64,000 nucleotides of DNA from Macrostomum hystrix (lineage: Eukaryota > Animalia > Platyhelminthes). Every line of letters starts with the position of its first letter. Position 1 is the first letter of the stretch. Below, in pieces: positions 11,314 to 23,673 of the stretch. Location: positions 1,674,001 through 1,738,000 of the forward strand of contig CATNEN010000030.1 of the NCBI GenBank assembly GCA_950097015.1. Reading direction: 5' to 3'. Both the position numbers and the translations under genes were made by a program. Under the pieces are notes generated by a model. That model was not told the DNA's origin, searched no databases, and saw nothing but the letters and a program-made list of their open reading frames with translations.

Positions 11314-14300
11314 ATGCTCCGTGTCAACTCCTGGTTCTGGCTAGTCCTGCTGGCTTTGCTGCGGCCCAGCTTCGCTTGTCCTGCCATCGCGCAGAGTCAG
11401 ACCAGCAGCGGCCAGCAGAGCCTGACCACCAGGTACTCAATCACCTCACACTACGGCTATGAGACTGGTGATTCATACTCAAGTCAAACCGGCTGCAACT
11501 GGGAGGTCGGCGCGCCGGAACCCGGCAAGTCCTGGCGAGTCACATTTGATCGAATCGAACTCGAGGTCTCCAGCTCTGCGCAGAGATGCAAATACGACAA
11601 TCTGACGGTGAAGTACGTGTTTAACAATCAAAGCCTGACTCGAGTGCTGTGCGGAATACACAACGGCCTAGTCCTGGTCACTGATAGAGGGTTCAGCTTG
11701 ATGTTCCAGACTAACTCCAGCGTCAACATGCGCGGCTTTATGATCCACTTTGAAGCCATCAGCCGCAGCGAGGGCAACAGAATGATTGCAGCGAGCCAGA
11801 TTAGCCCCATCTTCCTAAATAATGGTTTGTACTTTTGTAGTGCATGATTAGTGCACTACACTGCACTTTCTGTGGGGACTTTTTGTATTTTCTGTTAGAA
11901 ATAGTCATTAATTTCGGTTGGAGCTAGCACAAAGCCTCTAATGAAATTTACTTGCTTCTTTGCAATTATTAATTAAGTTTGATAAGATAGAGATACCCAC
12001 ACCCACATCTCATCCTGTGTTGATGAGACTTCTCTCGTCAGGATATGCCTTTGACAAGTATGTATACTTGACCAGTAATTTTTGGAGCTTGGTAGACCGG
12101 GTGTGATTAAATACACACCAACTGGGCCTATTCAAACTCAGACAGGACCTATTTAAACACCAACTGGACCTATTTAAACACCAACTGGACCTATTCAAAC
12201 ACCAACTGGACCTATTTGAACACCAACTGGACCTATTCATACACCAACTGGACCTATTCAAACACCAACTGGACCTATCCAAACACCAACTGGACCTATC
12301 CAAACACCAACTGGACCTATCCAAACACCAACTGGACCTATCCAAACACCAACTGGACCTATTCAAACTCAGACAGGACCTATCCAAACACCAACTGGAC
12401 CTCTTCAAACTCAGACAGGACCTATCCAAACACCAACTGGACCTATTCATACACCAACTGGACCTATTCATACACCAACTGGACCTATTCATACACCAAC
12501 TGGACCTATTCATACACCAACTGGACCTATTCAAACACCAACTGGACCTATTCCAACACCAACTGGACCGGCCATTGGTCACTTCCAATCAGGCCGATTC
12601 CAGCCTGCTAAAATTTTCCCTAAAAACTTAATTTCCCCTCCAGCAAAGTAAAATTTTCGTTAAACCTTAAGTGTCCCTCGTGAACACTCAAAAACTTCAG
12701 GAAATGCGAACTCCTGTGACAGGCGTAAAATCAGCGGCACGCCAAAGCTATTCCTTGGCCGTTGGTACAACACAAGCATCATTTACATGTCTACTATAGA
12801 CGGGACCTACATACACAATGCCGACTGCAGTTGGACATTACCAGCCCAAAATCAGCCTCTATCGCCGGGAATGGGTCTCTACGTGAAATTTGAGCAGGTG
12901 CAGTTAGAAGGCCGACAGGGAGCTTGTGTACTGGGCAATCTCACCGTCACTTATCAGATGCATCACTCTACAGCAAAGCGAGTATTTTGCCAGCTCAACG
13001 ACAGTGTCACTTTGGTTACCAGGCACAACGTCCTCCTGGAGTTGCGAACTGATTCAACAATTGGCACCGGCCTCAATGTCACGTGGTTCGTGGCGCCATA
13101 CACTAGCACCATTAGCGGACCAATAACAACCAGGCAGGAGTTCCTGCAAGGTTGGAAGGCATCTCATTCTCACCGTGAGTGCTGCCATCGATTATATACT
13201 CCTTTGTTCGAGTGTCATTCCCATTGCTCGAGTGTCATTCCCAGTGCTCGAGTGTCATTCCCATTGCTCGAGTGTCATTCCCAGTGCTCGAGTGTCATTC
13301 CCATTGCTCGAGTGTCATTCCTAGTGCTCGAGTGTCATTCCCAGTGCTCGAGTGTCATTCCCAGTGTTCGAGTGTCATTCCCAGTGCTCGAGTGTCATTC
13401 CCAGTGCTCGAGTGTCATTCCCAGTGCTCGAGTGTCATTCCCAGTGCTCGAGTGTCATTCCCAGTGCTCGAGTGTCATTCCCAGTGCTCGAGTGTCATTC
13501 CCAGTGCTCGAGTGTCATTCCCAGTGATGTCATGTCATTTCCTGATCCCACTGTCCGCAGAGCAGTGCCTGCCATTTATACCGACGTCTTCCGGTGGTAC
13601 AATCCCACTGTACATTTACACGCCTCTGTTCATCGAACCTGGTATGATTTGCACCTGGAACATTGAAATTCCGCCGGGCAAGCTAGCCGAGTTTCGCTTT
13701 CGTCATTTCGGGCGTGGTCGAAGTCGATACAGAACATCACAAGACTTCACTCAAAGCATCCGTGAGTTGTGGGGTTCGAGTTGTTTTCTCAGTTCCTAAT
13801 CCACAGCTTAGATTAGTGAGTCAGTTCTTAATCCACAGCTTAGATTAGTGTGACAGTTCCTAATCCACAGCTTAGTTTAGTGAGTCAGTGTTCCTAATCC
13901 ACAGCTTAGATTAGTGTGTCAGTTCCTAATCCACAGCTTAGATTAGTGAGTCAGTTCCTAATCCCCAGCTTAGATTAGTGAGTCAGTGTTCCTAATCAAC
14001 AGCTTAGATTAGTGTGTCAGTTCCTAATCCACTGCTTAGATTAGTGAGTCAGTGTTCCTAATCCACTGCTTAGATTAGTGAGTCGGTTCCTAATCCACTG
14101 CCTAGATTAGTGAGTCAGCTCCAAATGGCATTTGTCTCACATTGCCAGGCTGCTCACCAATCGACGACATGGTGGTAATTAATTTTCGTCTGTTTTCTGC
14201 TTCCAGCAGACAGGAGTTGCTGAGGCTGTGTACCATGTCAGTGGTCGGGAACGGTGATGTGATTGCGACCGCTGTTGGCTCGGCAACCGTCACGTTCGTT

Positions 14301-17300
14301 TCCCGTCTATTGCAAATTCCATATCTGCGATCGCTTCGATTGGAACTCGATATAGTTTTCAAGAACATTAGACCTACAGGTGATAATTTCCTTACTCAAA
14401 ACAAATCACTCTGACCCCATCCTGAATCACTCTGACCCCATCCTGAATCACTGACCCCATCCTGAATCACTCTGACCCCATCCTGAATCACTGACCCCAT
14501 CCTGAATCACTCTGACCCCATCCTGAATCACTGACCCCATCCTGAATCACTCTGACCCCATCCTGAATCACTGACCCCATCCTGAATCACTCTGACCCCA
14601 TCCTGAATCACTCTGACCTCATCCTGAATCACTGATCCCATTCTGAATCACTCTGACCCCATCCTGAATCACTGACCCCATCCTGAACTTCACTTCTCCC
14701 AACCTTATTGCATCCGCCCTCGCACAGTTCCCAGCACCTGTCCGAAGCTTCGTCGTCTTGACAACTACAGGAGAGTGGTCGCTCTGAGGCCCGGTGAGCA
14801 ACCATTTCTATATCGGATCACTGAATGCTCGTGGAGTCTCGCGCCACGCGACCAGCAGCACCTCATGGCCCTGAAACTCTACATGGATTATCAAAATAGT
14901 TATGGACGCTATCCCAGCAGACTAACGAACCCGAATTGGTTTGGTCCAGACTATGGCCAGTGAGTTGAAATACGAACTTTGGTGATGGGATAAACTTGCA
15001 TCCCAACAACTCAGTTAGTCTACTAAATTAGCGATCCCCCCTCAGTTAGTCTACTAGATAAGCAATCCCCCTCAGTTAGTCTACTTGATAAGCAATCCCC
15101 CTCAGTTAGTCTACTAGATTAGCAATCCCCCCTCAGTTAGTCTACTAGATTACCAGTCCCCCTCAGTTAGTCTACTAGATTAGCAATCCCCCTCAGTTAG
15201 TCTACTAGATTAGCAGTCCCCCTCAGTTAGTCTACTAGATAAGCAATCCCCCTCAGTTAGTCTACTAAATTAGCGATCCCCCCTCAGTTAGTCCACTAGA
15301 TAAGCAATCCCCCTCAGTTAGTCTACTAGATTAGCAATCCCCCTCAGTTAGTCTACTAGATTAGCAATCCCCCTCAGTCAGTCTACTAGATTAGCAAAAA
15401 CCCTCAGTTAGTCTACTAGATTAGCAATCCCCCTCAGTTAGTCTACTAGATTAGCAATCCCCCCTCAGTTAGTCTACTAGATTAGCAATCCCCCTCAGTT
15501 AGTCTACTAGATTACCAGTCCCCCTCAGTTAGTCTACTAGATTACCAGTCCCCCTCAGTTAGTCTACTAGATTAGCAATCCCCCTCAGTTAGTCTACTAG
15601 ATTAGCAATCCCCCTCAGTTAGTCTACTAGATTAGCAATCCCCCCTCAGTTAGTCTACTAGATTACCAGTCCCCCTCAGTTAGTCTACTAGATTAGCAAT
15701 CCCCCTCAGTTAGTCTACTAGATTAGCAATCCCCCTCAGTTAGTCTACTAGATTACCAGTCCCCCTCAGTTAGTCTACTAGATTAGCAATCCCCCTCAGT
15801 TAGTCTACTAGATTAGCAGTCCCCCTCAGTTAGTCTACTAGATTAGCAATCCCCCTCAGTTAGTCTACTAGATTAGCAGTCCCCCTCAGTCAGTCTACTA
15901 GATTAGCAAAAACCCTCAGTTAGTCTACTAGATTAGCAATCCCCCCTCAGTTAGTCTACTAGATTAGCAATCCCCCCTCAGTTAGTCTACTAGATTAGCA
16001 ATCCCCCTCAGTTAGTCTACTAGATTAGCAATCCCCCCTCAGTTAGTCTACTAGATTAGCGATCCCCCTCAGTTAGTCTACTAGATTAGCAATCCCCCCT
16101 CAGTCAGTAGAATAGATTAGCAATCCACACCTCAGTCAGTAGAATAGATTAGCAATCCACACCTCAGTCAGTAGAATAGATTAGCAATCCACACCTCAGT
16201 CAGTAGAATAGATTAGCAATCCCCACTTCAGTCAGTAGAATAGATTAGCAATCCACAACTCAGTCAGTAGAATAGATTAGCAATCCACAACTCAGTCAGT
16301 AGAATAGATTAGCAATCCACACCTCAGTCAGTAGAATAGATTAGCAATCCACACCTCAGTCAGTAGAATAGATTAGCAATCCACACCTCAGTCAGTAGAA
16401 TAGATTAGCAATCCACACCTCAGTTAGTCTACTAGATTAGCAATCCACACCTCAGTCAGTAGAATAGATTAGTAATCCACACCTCAGTCAGTAGAATAGA
16501 TTAGCAATCCACAGCTCAGTCAGTCGAATAGATTAGCAATCCACACCTCAGTCAGTCGAATAGATTAGCAATCCACACCTCAGTCAGTAGAATAGATTAG
16601 CAATCCACACCTCAGTCAGTAGAATAGATTAGCAATCCACACCTCAGTCAGTAGAATAGATTAGGAATCCACAACTCAGTCAGTAGAAAAGATTAGCAAT
16701 CCACACCTCAGTCAGTAGAATAGATTAGCAATCCACACCTCAGTCAGTAGAATAGATTAGCAATCCACACCTCTAAAATGTCTCATGTCTTCTGTCTGAT
16801 CCTTTCATTTTAATTTTCCAATGCAGAAGGTCTATCGCGTATCCAGAGTGCCAGAGGAAAGCAATAATTGCCTCCTACAGCAAGGTGGATCTAACTGATC
16901 TCTTTGAGTCGGTCTCAACCAGCGTATCTCACTTCAGGAGAACTTTCTGCTCTTCTCCCAGCGAAATTGATTCCCTGCTGTTTAGCGGCAACGCAAACCT
17001 CACACTCCAGACCAGTTTGTCAGACCTCATTCTCTCAGGATTCAATCTGACTGTGCTGGACCTGCCAAAGCCGCGGCAAGGTTGACAATCATTTATTTTT
17101 TACTTACTATTGAATTCATACTCGAGTGCAGACTCAATGACTGGTTCTCATTCCTGATGCACTCACATTCAGTGTCTCATTCCTGATGCACTCTCATTCA
17201 GTGTCTCATTCCTGATGCACTCACATTCAGTGTCTCATTCCTGATGCACTCACATTCAGTGTCTCATTCCTGATGCACTCTCATTCAGTGTCTCATTCCT

Positions 17301-20300
17301 GATGCACTCTCATTCAGTGTCTCATTCCTGATGCACTCTCATTCAGTGTCTCATTCCTGATGCACTCTCATTCAGTTTCTCATTCCTGATGCACTCTCAT
17401 TCAGTGTCTCATTCCTGATGCACTCACATTCAGTGTCTCATTCCTGATGCACTCTCATTCAGTTTCTCATTCCTGATGCACTCACATTCAGTGTCTCATT
17501 CCTGATGCACTCACATTTAGTGTCTCATTCCTGATGCACTCACATTCAGTGTCTCATTCCTGATGCACTCATATTCAGTGTCTCATTCCTAATGCTCCCA
17601 TTGACCCGCCGAATTAAACCGCAGGCTGCTCAACTGTTAATATCAGCACAAAGTACTCAATTGATAAGGCTTTTAAGATCTTTCACATCAAAGCGAAGGC
17701 TGGCTGTGTTGTGGCAGAGTCGATCCAGATGAAAGGCTTCTACAATGCGTTGTCAGTGAGTTATGGATTTTGTCTAATGATCTACGCTATTCATTTACAA
17801 AAAATTGCATCTGTAAGACAGCAAGCCACCTGTTAGACTGGAAGCTACCTGTTAGACATGAAGCCACCTGTTAGACATTAAGCCACTTGTTAGACTGGAA
17901 GCCACCTGTTAGACATGAAGCCACCTGTTAGACTGGAAGCCACCTGTTAGACAGCAAGCCACCTGCTAGACATGAAGCCACCTGTTAGACTGGAAGCCAC
18001 CTGTTAGACAGGAAGCTACCTGTTAGACATGTAGCTACCTGTTAGACATTTAGCCACCTGTTAGACATGAAGCCACCTGTTAGACATGAAGCCACCTGTT
18101 AGACATGAAGCCACCTGTTAGACATGAAGCCACCTGTTAGAAATGAAGCCACCTGTTAGACTGGAAGCCACCTGTTAGACATGAAGCCACCTGATAGAAA
18201 TGAAGCCACCTGTTAGACATGAAGCCACCTGTTAGACTGGAAGCCACCGCAGTATTAATCGCAGAATTCCGTGTTTCCAGAGCACATTGCTGAAAGCGAC
18301 GTTCTACCTGAGCTGCAAAAATCAGCGGAACACGTCACTGGAAATTATCAGCCAGCAGATTATTGACTCAGTGCCCTGCGGCGGGACAAAAGTAATTTAC
18401 GGCTCCTGGAATTATCCCTTGTTGTTAAAGTTTCCAGAGGAAACGGATGCTCAGCTTATCAGCAATGTGACCTACAATTTTCCTGGTGAGTGAGAATATC
18501 CAGTCTCTTCAACATCCTTGGTGCGTTGTGCATGAGGCGATCAAAGCAAAATGCCGCGTTTTCCCGTCACGCAGTGTTTCAAGCCCTGTGCCAAGAGTTG
18601 AACAGCAGAAACAATCTGAGCGACAACAGCGTCGGCTACCTCAATCTGCCCCTGTTCATCTCGCCCGGCCGTCTTCCAATCACGCGCAGCCACTATTTGC
18701 AGCTAGCCTGCCAGTTTGAGCTACCATACCGGCCCGGGTTCAGTCTGCTGCTGCGAATCAGCCACAATCTCAATTACGAAGACATCGACTTCTATTGCCA
18801 CTCAAAGCTGTCTTCTAGGGGCATCAGTCCGCACATTGTGCTCACAGCCAAGCAGCGCGATCCGGACAGTTCGGAAGCCTGGATTGAGCAGCAGCTTGAG
18901 ATGTGCCACGGCTACTCGGTGGGCACTTTGAGCACTAAATCTGAGCTGCTAGTAGACGGTTCGGTGACAGTCAGTCTGCTGTCAGTGCAGCAGAGCTGGA
19001 ACGGCCTCAACAACTCGGGCAGTCTGCAAATGTTCAACCAGACTCGAACAAACGACTTGAGCTTCATGATCAGCTACGAGTACGGTGAGAACCTTTGAGC
19101 GTATGGACGGTGAGCGTATGGACAGATGCTCGATACTCGATGCTCAATGCTCGATACTCGATGCTCGATACTCGATGCTCGATACTCGATACTCGATACT
19201 CGATACTCGATGCTCGATGCTCGATGCTCGATACTCAATGCTCGATGCTCAATGCTCGATGCTCGATACTCGATGCTCGATGCTCGATGCTCGATGCTCG
19301 ATACTCGATACTCGATGCTCGATGCTCGATACTCGATACTCGATGCTCAATACTCGATGCTCGATGCTCGATGCTCGATACTCGTTACTCGATACTCGAT
19401 GCTCGATGCTCGATGCTCGATGCTCGATACTCGATACTCGATACTCGATGCTCGATGCTCGATGCTCGATGCTCGATACTCGATACTCGATACTCGATGC
19501 TCGATGCTCAATGCTCGATACTCGATGCTCGATGCTCGATGCTCGATACTCGATACTCGATACTCGATGCTCAATGCTCGATACTCGATGCTCGATACTC
19601 GATGCTCAATGCTCGATGCTCGATACTCGATGCTCGATGCTCGATGCTCGATACTCAATGCTCGATACTCGATGCTCGATACTCGATGCTCGATACTCGA
19701 TACTCGATACTCGATGCTCGATACTCGATGCTCGATACTCGATGCTCGATACTCGATGCTCGATGCTCGATGCTCGATACTCGATACTCGATGCTCGATG
19801 CTCGATACTCGATACTCGATGCTCGATACTCGATGCTCGATGCTCGATGCTCGATACTCGATACTCGATACTCGATGCTCGATGCTCGATGCTCGATGCT
19901 CGATACTCAATGCTCGATACTCGATGCTCGATAATCGATGCTCGATACTCGATGCTCGATACTCGATACTCGATGCTCGATGCTCGATGCTCGATGCTCG
20001 ATACTCAATGCTCGATACTCGATGCTCGATACTCGATGCTCGATACTCGATACTCGATACTCGATACTCGATGCTCGATGCTCGATACTCGATGCTCGAT
20101 ACTCGATGCTCGATACTCGATGCTCAATGCTCGATGCTCGATACTCGATGCTCGATACTCGATGCTCGATACTCGATGCTCGATGCTCGATGCTCGATAC
20201 TCAATGCTCGATACTCGATGCTCGATACTCGATGCTCGATACTCGATACTCGATACTCGATGCTCGATACTCGATGCTCGATACTCGATGCTCGATGCTC

Positions 20301-21961
20301 GATGCTCGATACTCGATACTCGATGCTCGATGCTCGATGCTCGATACTCGATGCTCGATACTCGATGCTCGATGCTCGATGCTCGATACTCGATACTCGA
20401 TGCTCGATGCTCGATGCTCGATACTCAATGCTCGATACTCGATGCTCGATACTCGATGCTCGATACTCGATACTCGATACTCGATGCTCGATGCTCGATG
20501 CTCGATACTCAATGCTCGATAATCGATGCTCGATACTCGATGCTCAATGCTCGACGTTTTAAGCTCGATTCTCGACGTTTCATGCTGGTTACTTGATGCA
20601 CGATTCTCATTAACTCGATTCCTGATATTCAAAGATTTATGCTTGATGCTCGATGCTATATAAATTGCATAACATCTGATGAGCGATACCTTTACACCCG
20701 ATTCGACCTCCAGTTCCAAGCTGCCCCGAGCTGCGGTGCCGCTCGTTGGACCCGGCCCAATCCAACTGTGGCAAGGCCTCTCCGAGTAACCTGCAGCTAA
20801 CGGCTGAGCTGGCGAAAACGCCGACTTCCGATTGCAAATGGAACATCCCGATCAACTCGGAGATGCGAGACGCCATGGCTAGGCAGTCTGATCACTGGCT
20901 GGCTCGAGTCGAACTGTCCAACTTCGCATTCGGCTGCCCGTGCCACGACTGTCGCACGGAGTTGCAGCACATGACGATCGCGCACAAGCCGGCGGATGAT
21001 AGCCCAAGCTCCGACAGGACTGATCATCTGCGGCGACTACCGCACGGAAAGCAAGGTGGTGCACCTGGCTCTCACACCCAGCCAGCCAGACATCCAGATT
21101 TCCTTCTCAGCTCTGGAGACTGGCATCAATGTTAGCGTGACATTCATCGACTGCAGACGGAATTCCAGCCTGCGACAGTGCCAGGTGGCCAGCAGCCAAT
21201 TCTGGGGAATAAAACAGGTTCCGCTATCCGGCAGAACGCCAGGTGAGAGCAGTTGTTTGGCCTGCAGGTTAGGCAACTGTCTAACACCTGGTCTGTAGGT
21301 TGGGCAACTGTCTAACACCTGGTCTGTAGGTTGGGCAACTGTCTAACACCTGGTCTGTAGGTTGGGCAACTGTCTAACACCTGGTCTGTAGGTTGGGCAA
21401 CTGTCTAACACCTGGTCTGTAGGTTGGGCAACTGTCTAACACCTGGTCTGTAGGTTGGGAAACTGTCTAACAGGTGACAGCAGCTGGTCTGTAGGTTGGG
21501 AAACTGTCTAACAGGTGACAACAACTGGTCTGTAGGTTGGGAAACTGTCTAACAGGTGACAGCAGCTGGTCTGTAGGTTGGGAAACTGTCTAACAGGTGA
21601 CAACAGCTGGTCTGTAGGTTGGGAAACTGTCTAACAGGTGACAGCAGCTGGTCTGTAGGTTGGGAAACTGTCTAACAGGTGACAGCAGCTGGTCTGTAGG
21701 TCTAGGAGGCCAGTCTTCTGCACTGAGTACTAAATAAGCCTTCACTAATTTCTAAGCGCATTTTCACATGCTCCAATGCTGTCACTGTCACTGTCAGGTG
21801 GTCTTGTGTTCCTGGCTGTTCTGCTGTCCCTCATGCTCATTGGCTGCCTGTTGTACATCAATCGAGCTATCGTATCGAGTCGTCTTCAAGCCGCTCTTGA
21901 ACATCAGCGACTAACGAGAAACGATGACACACTGCAGCTCACGCTCGACTCTGCTGAATAG
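11314..21961 (+). CDS. Single-pass membrane protein with about seven CUB-like domains (~1146 aa); one +1 frameshift in exon 10
   Basis: Exons 11314-11824, 12701-13174, 13561-13761, 14149-14379, 14728-14959, 16827-17080, 17625-17755, 18281-18485, 18575-19084, 20714-21242, 21798-21961; all GT-AG and phase consistent; total 3442 nt (3n+1). Signal MLRVNSWFWLVLLALL. CUB motifs CNWEV..RVTFDRIELE..CKYDNLTV..LCG..GFMIHF, CSWTL, CTWNIEIPPG, CSWSL, CKWNIP. TM GLVFLAVLLSLMLIGCLLYI. Confidence 0.85.
12115..12570. repeat. 21-bp intronic minisatellite (CUB intron 1)
   Basis: Unit acaccaactggacctattcaa. Confidence 0.93.
13208..13525. repeat. 20-bp intronic minisatellite (CUB intron 2)
   Basis: Unit gagtgtcattcccagtgctc. 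Confidence 0.93.
13790..14118. repeat. 31-33-bp intronic minisatellite (CUB intron 3)
   Basis: Unit gttcctaatccacagcttagattagtgagtca; contains donor-like gtgagt. Confidence 0.92.
14405..14688. repeat. 19/21-bp intronic minisatellite (CUB intron 4)
   Basis: Alternating cactctgaccccatcctgaat and cactgaccccatcctgaat. Confidence 0.92.
15020..16773. repeat. 30-32-bp intronic minisatellite with two sequential unit types (CUB intron 5)
   Basis: ctcagttagtctactagattagcaatcccc up to ~16100, then ctcagtcagtagaatagattagcaatccacac. Confidence 0.95.
17146..17592. repeat. 29-bp intronic minisatellite (CUB intron 6)
   Basis: Unit ctcattcctgatgcactcacattcagtgt. Confidence 0.93.
17815..18248. repeat. 19-bp intronic minisatellite (CUB intron 7)
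   Basis: Unit gccacctgttagacatgaa. Confidence 0.93.
19125..20560. repeat. 7-bp CpG-rich tandem repeat, ~200 copies (CUB intron 9)
   Basis: Units tcgatgc and tcgatac, rarely tcaatgc. Confidence 0.96.
21240..21700. repeat. 31-bp then 41-bp intronic minisatellite derived from the exon 10 donor region (CUB intron 10)
   Basis: ctggtctgtaggttgggcaactgtctaacac, then caggtgacagcagctggtctgtaggttgggaaactgtctaa (6 copies from 21471). Confidence 0.9.
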
Positions 21962-22427
21962 ACTATCCGTCTCTCATTGCTTGCTTTTGTTGAGTGTTTG
22001 ATTGATTAATTGACGTATTGGTTGATCGATCGATCGATCGATTGATTGATGGATTGATTGTTGATTGATTGAATTTGTGCCGCTGCAGTGCTTAGCTTAG
22101 GACAAATTATTTTGTTCAATCGCTTTAAGCGCTTGATAACCACTACTAGATAATCAGCTAGCATGTTACCCTGTTACTCTATCAGTTCAATAGAAATCTA
22201 TTGTTATTTGGCAATGCCTGTTTTGCCTTTGTTTTAATCTCAAACACATTGATAATTACATCACTTTGGATATCTCCTTGGTACAATAATTGTTCTCGAC
22301 AATTTTTGATTAAACAACAGAATTATTAAACCTTGGAAATATTTGAACTGCAATTGTATTACAAGTGATTTTATAACTGCTCAGATTGAGCGGCTGGTGG
22401 TTTGAAGAGTGAGCTGTGGCTCGTCGC

Positions 22428-22504
22428 TGGCAGAATGTCAGAATTGCCTCCTCGCTGGCTGCGGATCTAGTGTCACCAAATGATGTGCCATTGCGCGCAG
22501 CCCT
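22428..22504 (+). other. ~77-bp dispersed hairpin element, copy 1 (copy 2 on minus strand at 53876-53952)
   Basis: Shared tggcagaa...gctggctgc...tgtcaccaaatgatgtgccattgc...gcagccct, with stem ggctgc/gcagcc. Confidence 0.7.
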
Positions 22505-22775
22505 CCTGTAATTGTTTTTATTAAGGCAACAATAATATTGTTTACTATAGTTTTGGTAGCAATTCTACCCATTCCGCTGACTCATAAGCACACACGCACA
22601 CAGATACAGTAGGCACACGCAGGCACACGCTCACACAGGTGTGTACATCTGCCCTGACTTTCTCACCGTCAGGCTCATCATCTCATTATCGTCTCGTTCT
22701 CATCATGTACACTCTCACTGTGCCTTGGAGGTTGTCCCTCAAGGACTTAAATTGAATGACAAGCCCAATGACAAG

Positions 22776-23252
22776 ATGAGTTGGTCATTGACAAGCTCAT
22801 TTTTTCTAATCTGAGAGGCCACCACAGACTTTGTCAAAAAAGTAGTCATATTCTAATGATTCTAATGGCCTAAAGATTGGTCGTAAAACGGCCCTTCTTA
22901 GGTACACCGTTTAGAATGCTGTTAGTCTCAATGTAATGTATTTCTATGCTGACTACTGATAGTAGACGGGTTCGATTGTGTTGTTATTACTTATTGCTCG
23001 TTGTCTGCAATATTTTAGGAAATAACAGATATCTAAGACCATGGTGCTGAGGCAGCAAAATAACATTCTTACATAGTTCTACAAGGAAATAAACCGCCTT
23101 AACGTTGTACGTTGTCTTAACGTACAACAGCAATTTCATTTCTTGAACATCTGAGGTGCCACATAGACTTTTGCAACAAGTGATTGAATGATACAGAGTT
23201 AGTCGCAAAATTCCTAATTCTTTGAGCAGAGTAAATGCTTCCCTTCCTGGAT
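22776..23252 (+). repeat. Non-coding segment X, copy 2, carrying one unamplified ~40-bp part of the 68-bp satellite unit
   Basis: atgagttggtcattgacaagctcattttttctaatctgag, followed by the same sequence as 8690-9152 apart from a ~27-bp indel. Confidence 0.9.
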
Positions 23253-23673
23253 AGCATCAGTCTTAGAGGTTCCGTCGCGCACACAGCAGATGCATGTGGT
23301 GCAACTGTAACTTGCTAACTTGTCACTGGGCACACAATTGTTAACAGTTGTTGTTAACAATTAGTTTCTGGAAAGCTGCGCTCTGGCAGCAGCAGATGCT
23401 GACACAAAAGGCGATGATACAAAAGAACCTGCAGAAGTCGCGGACGGCAAATGAATCAATTCAAATTGTTCAGCGACTAGCTTTGTTTGGCTTCTTCGCT
23501 CTTCAGAAACTGAAAGACACAAGCATGAATTGCAGAAAACTTCTTCATGCCTTCAAGAAAAAACTGCCTGCTTGTCGAAGCAATTCTATTTAAAATCTAC
23601 CGGTTGAAGGCGACTAGAGGAGCAAGTAGTGGTGTGGAATGTGGTACGCTGCTGTCGCTTTCATTGATGCGAG

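Noticed and set aside
22443-22458. GCCTCCTCGCTGGC identical to the HDV ribozyme P3/L3 region
   Set aside because: I could not build P1, P1.1 (no GG) or P2 around it, and the second copy of the element lacks TCCTCG.
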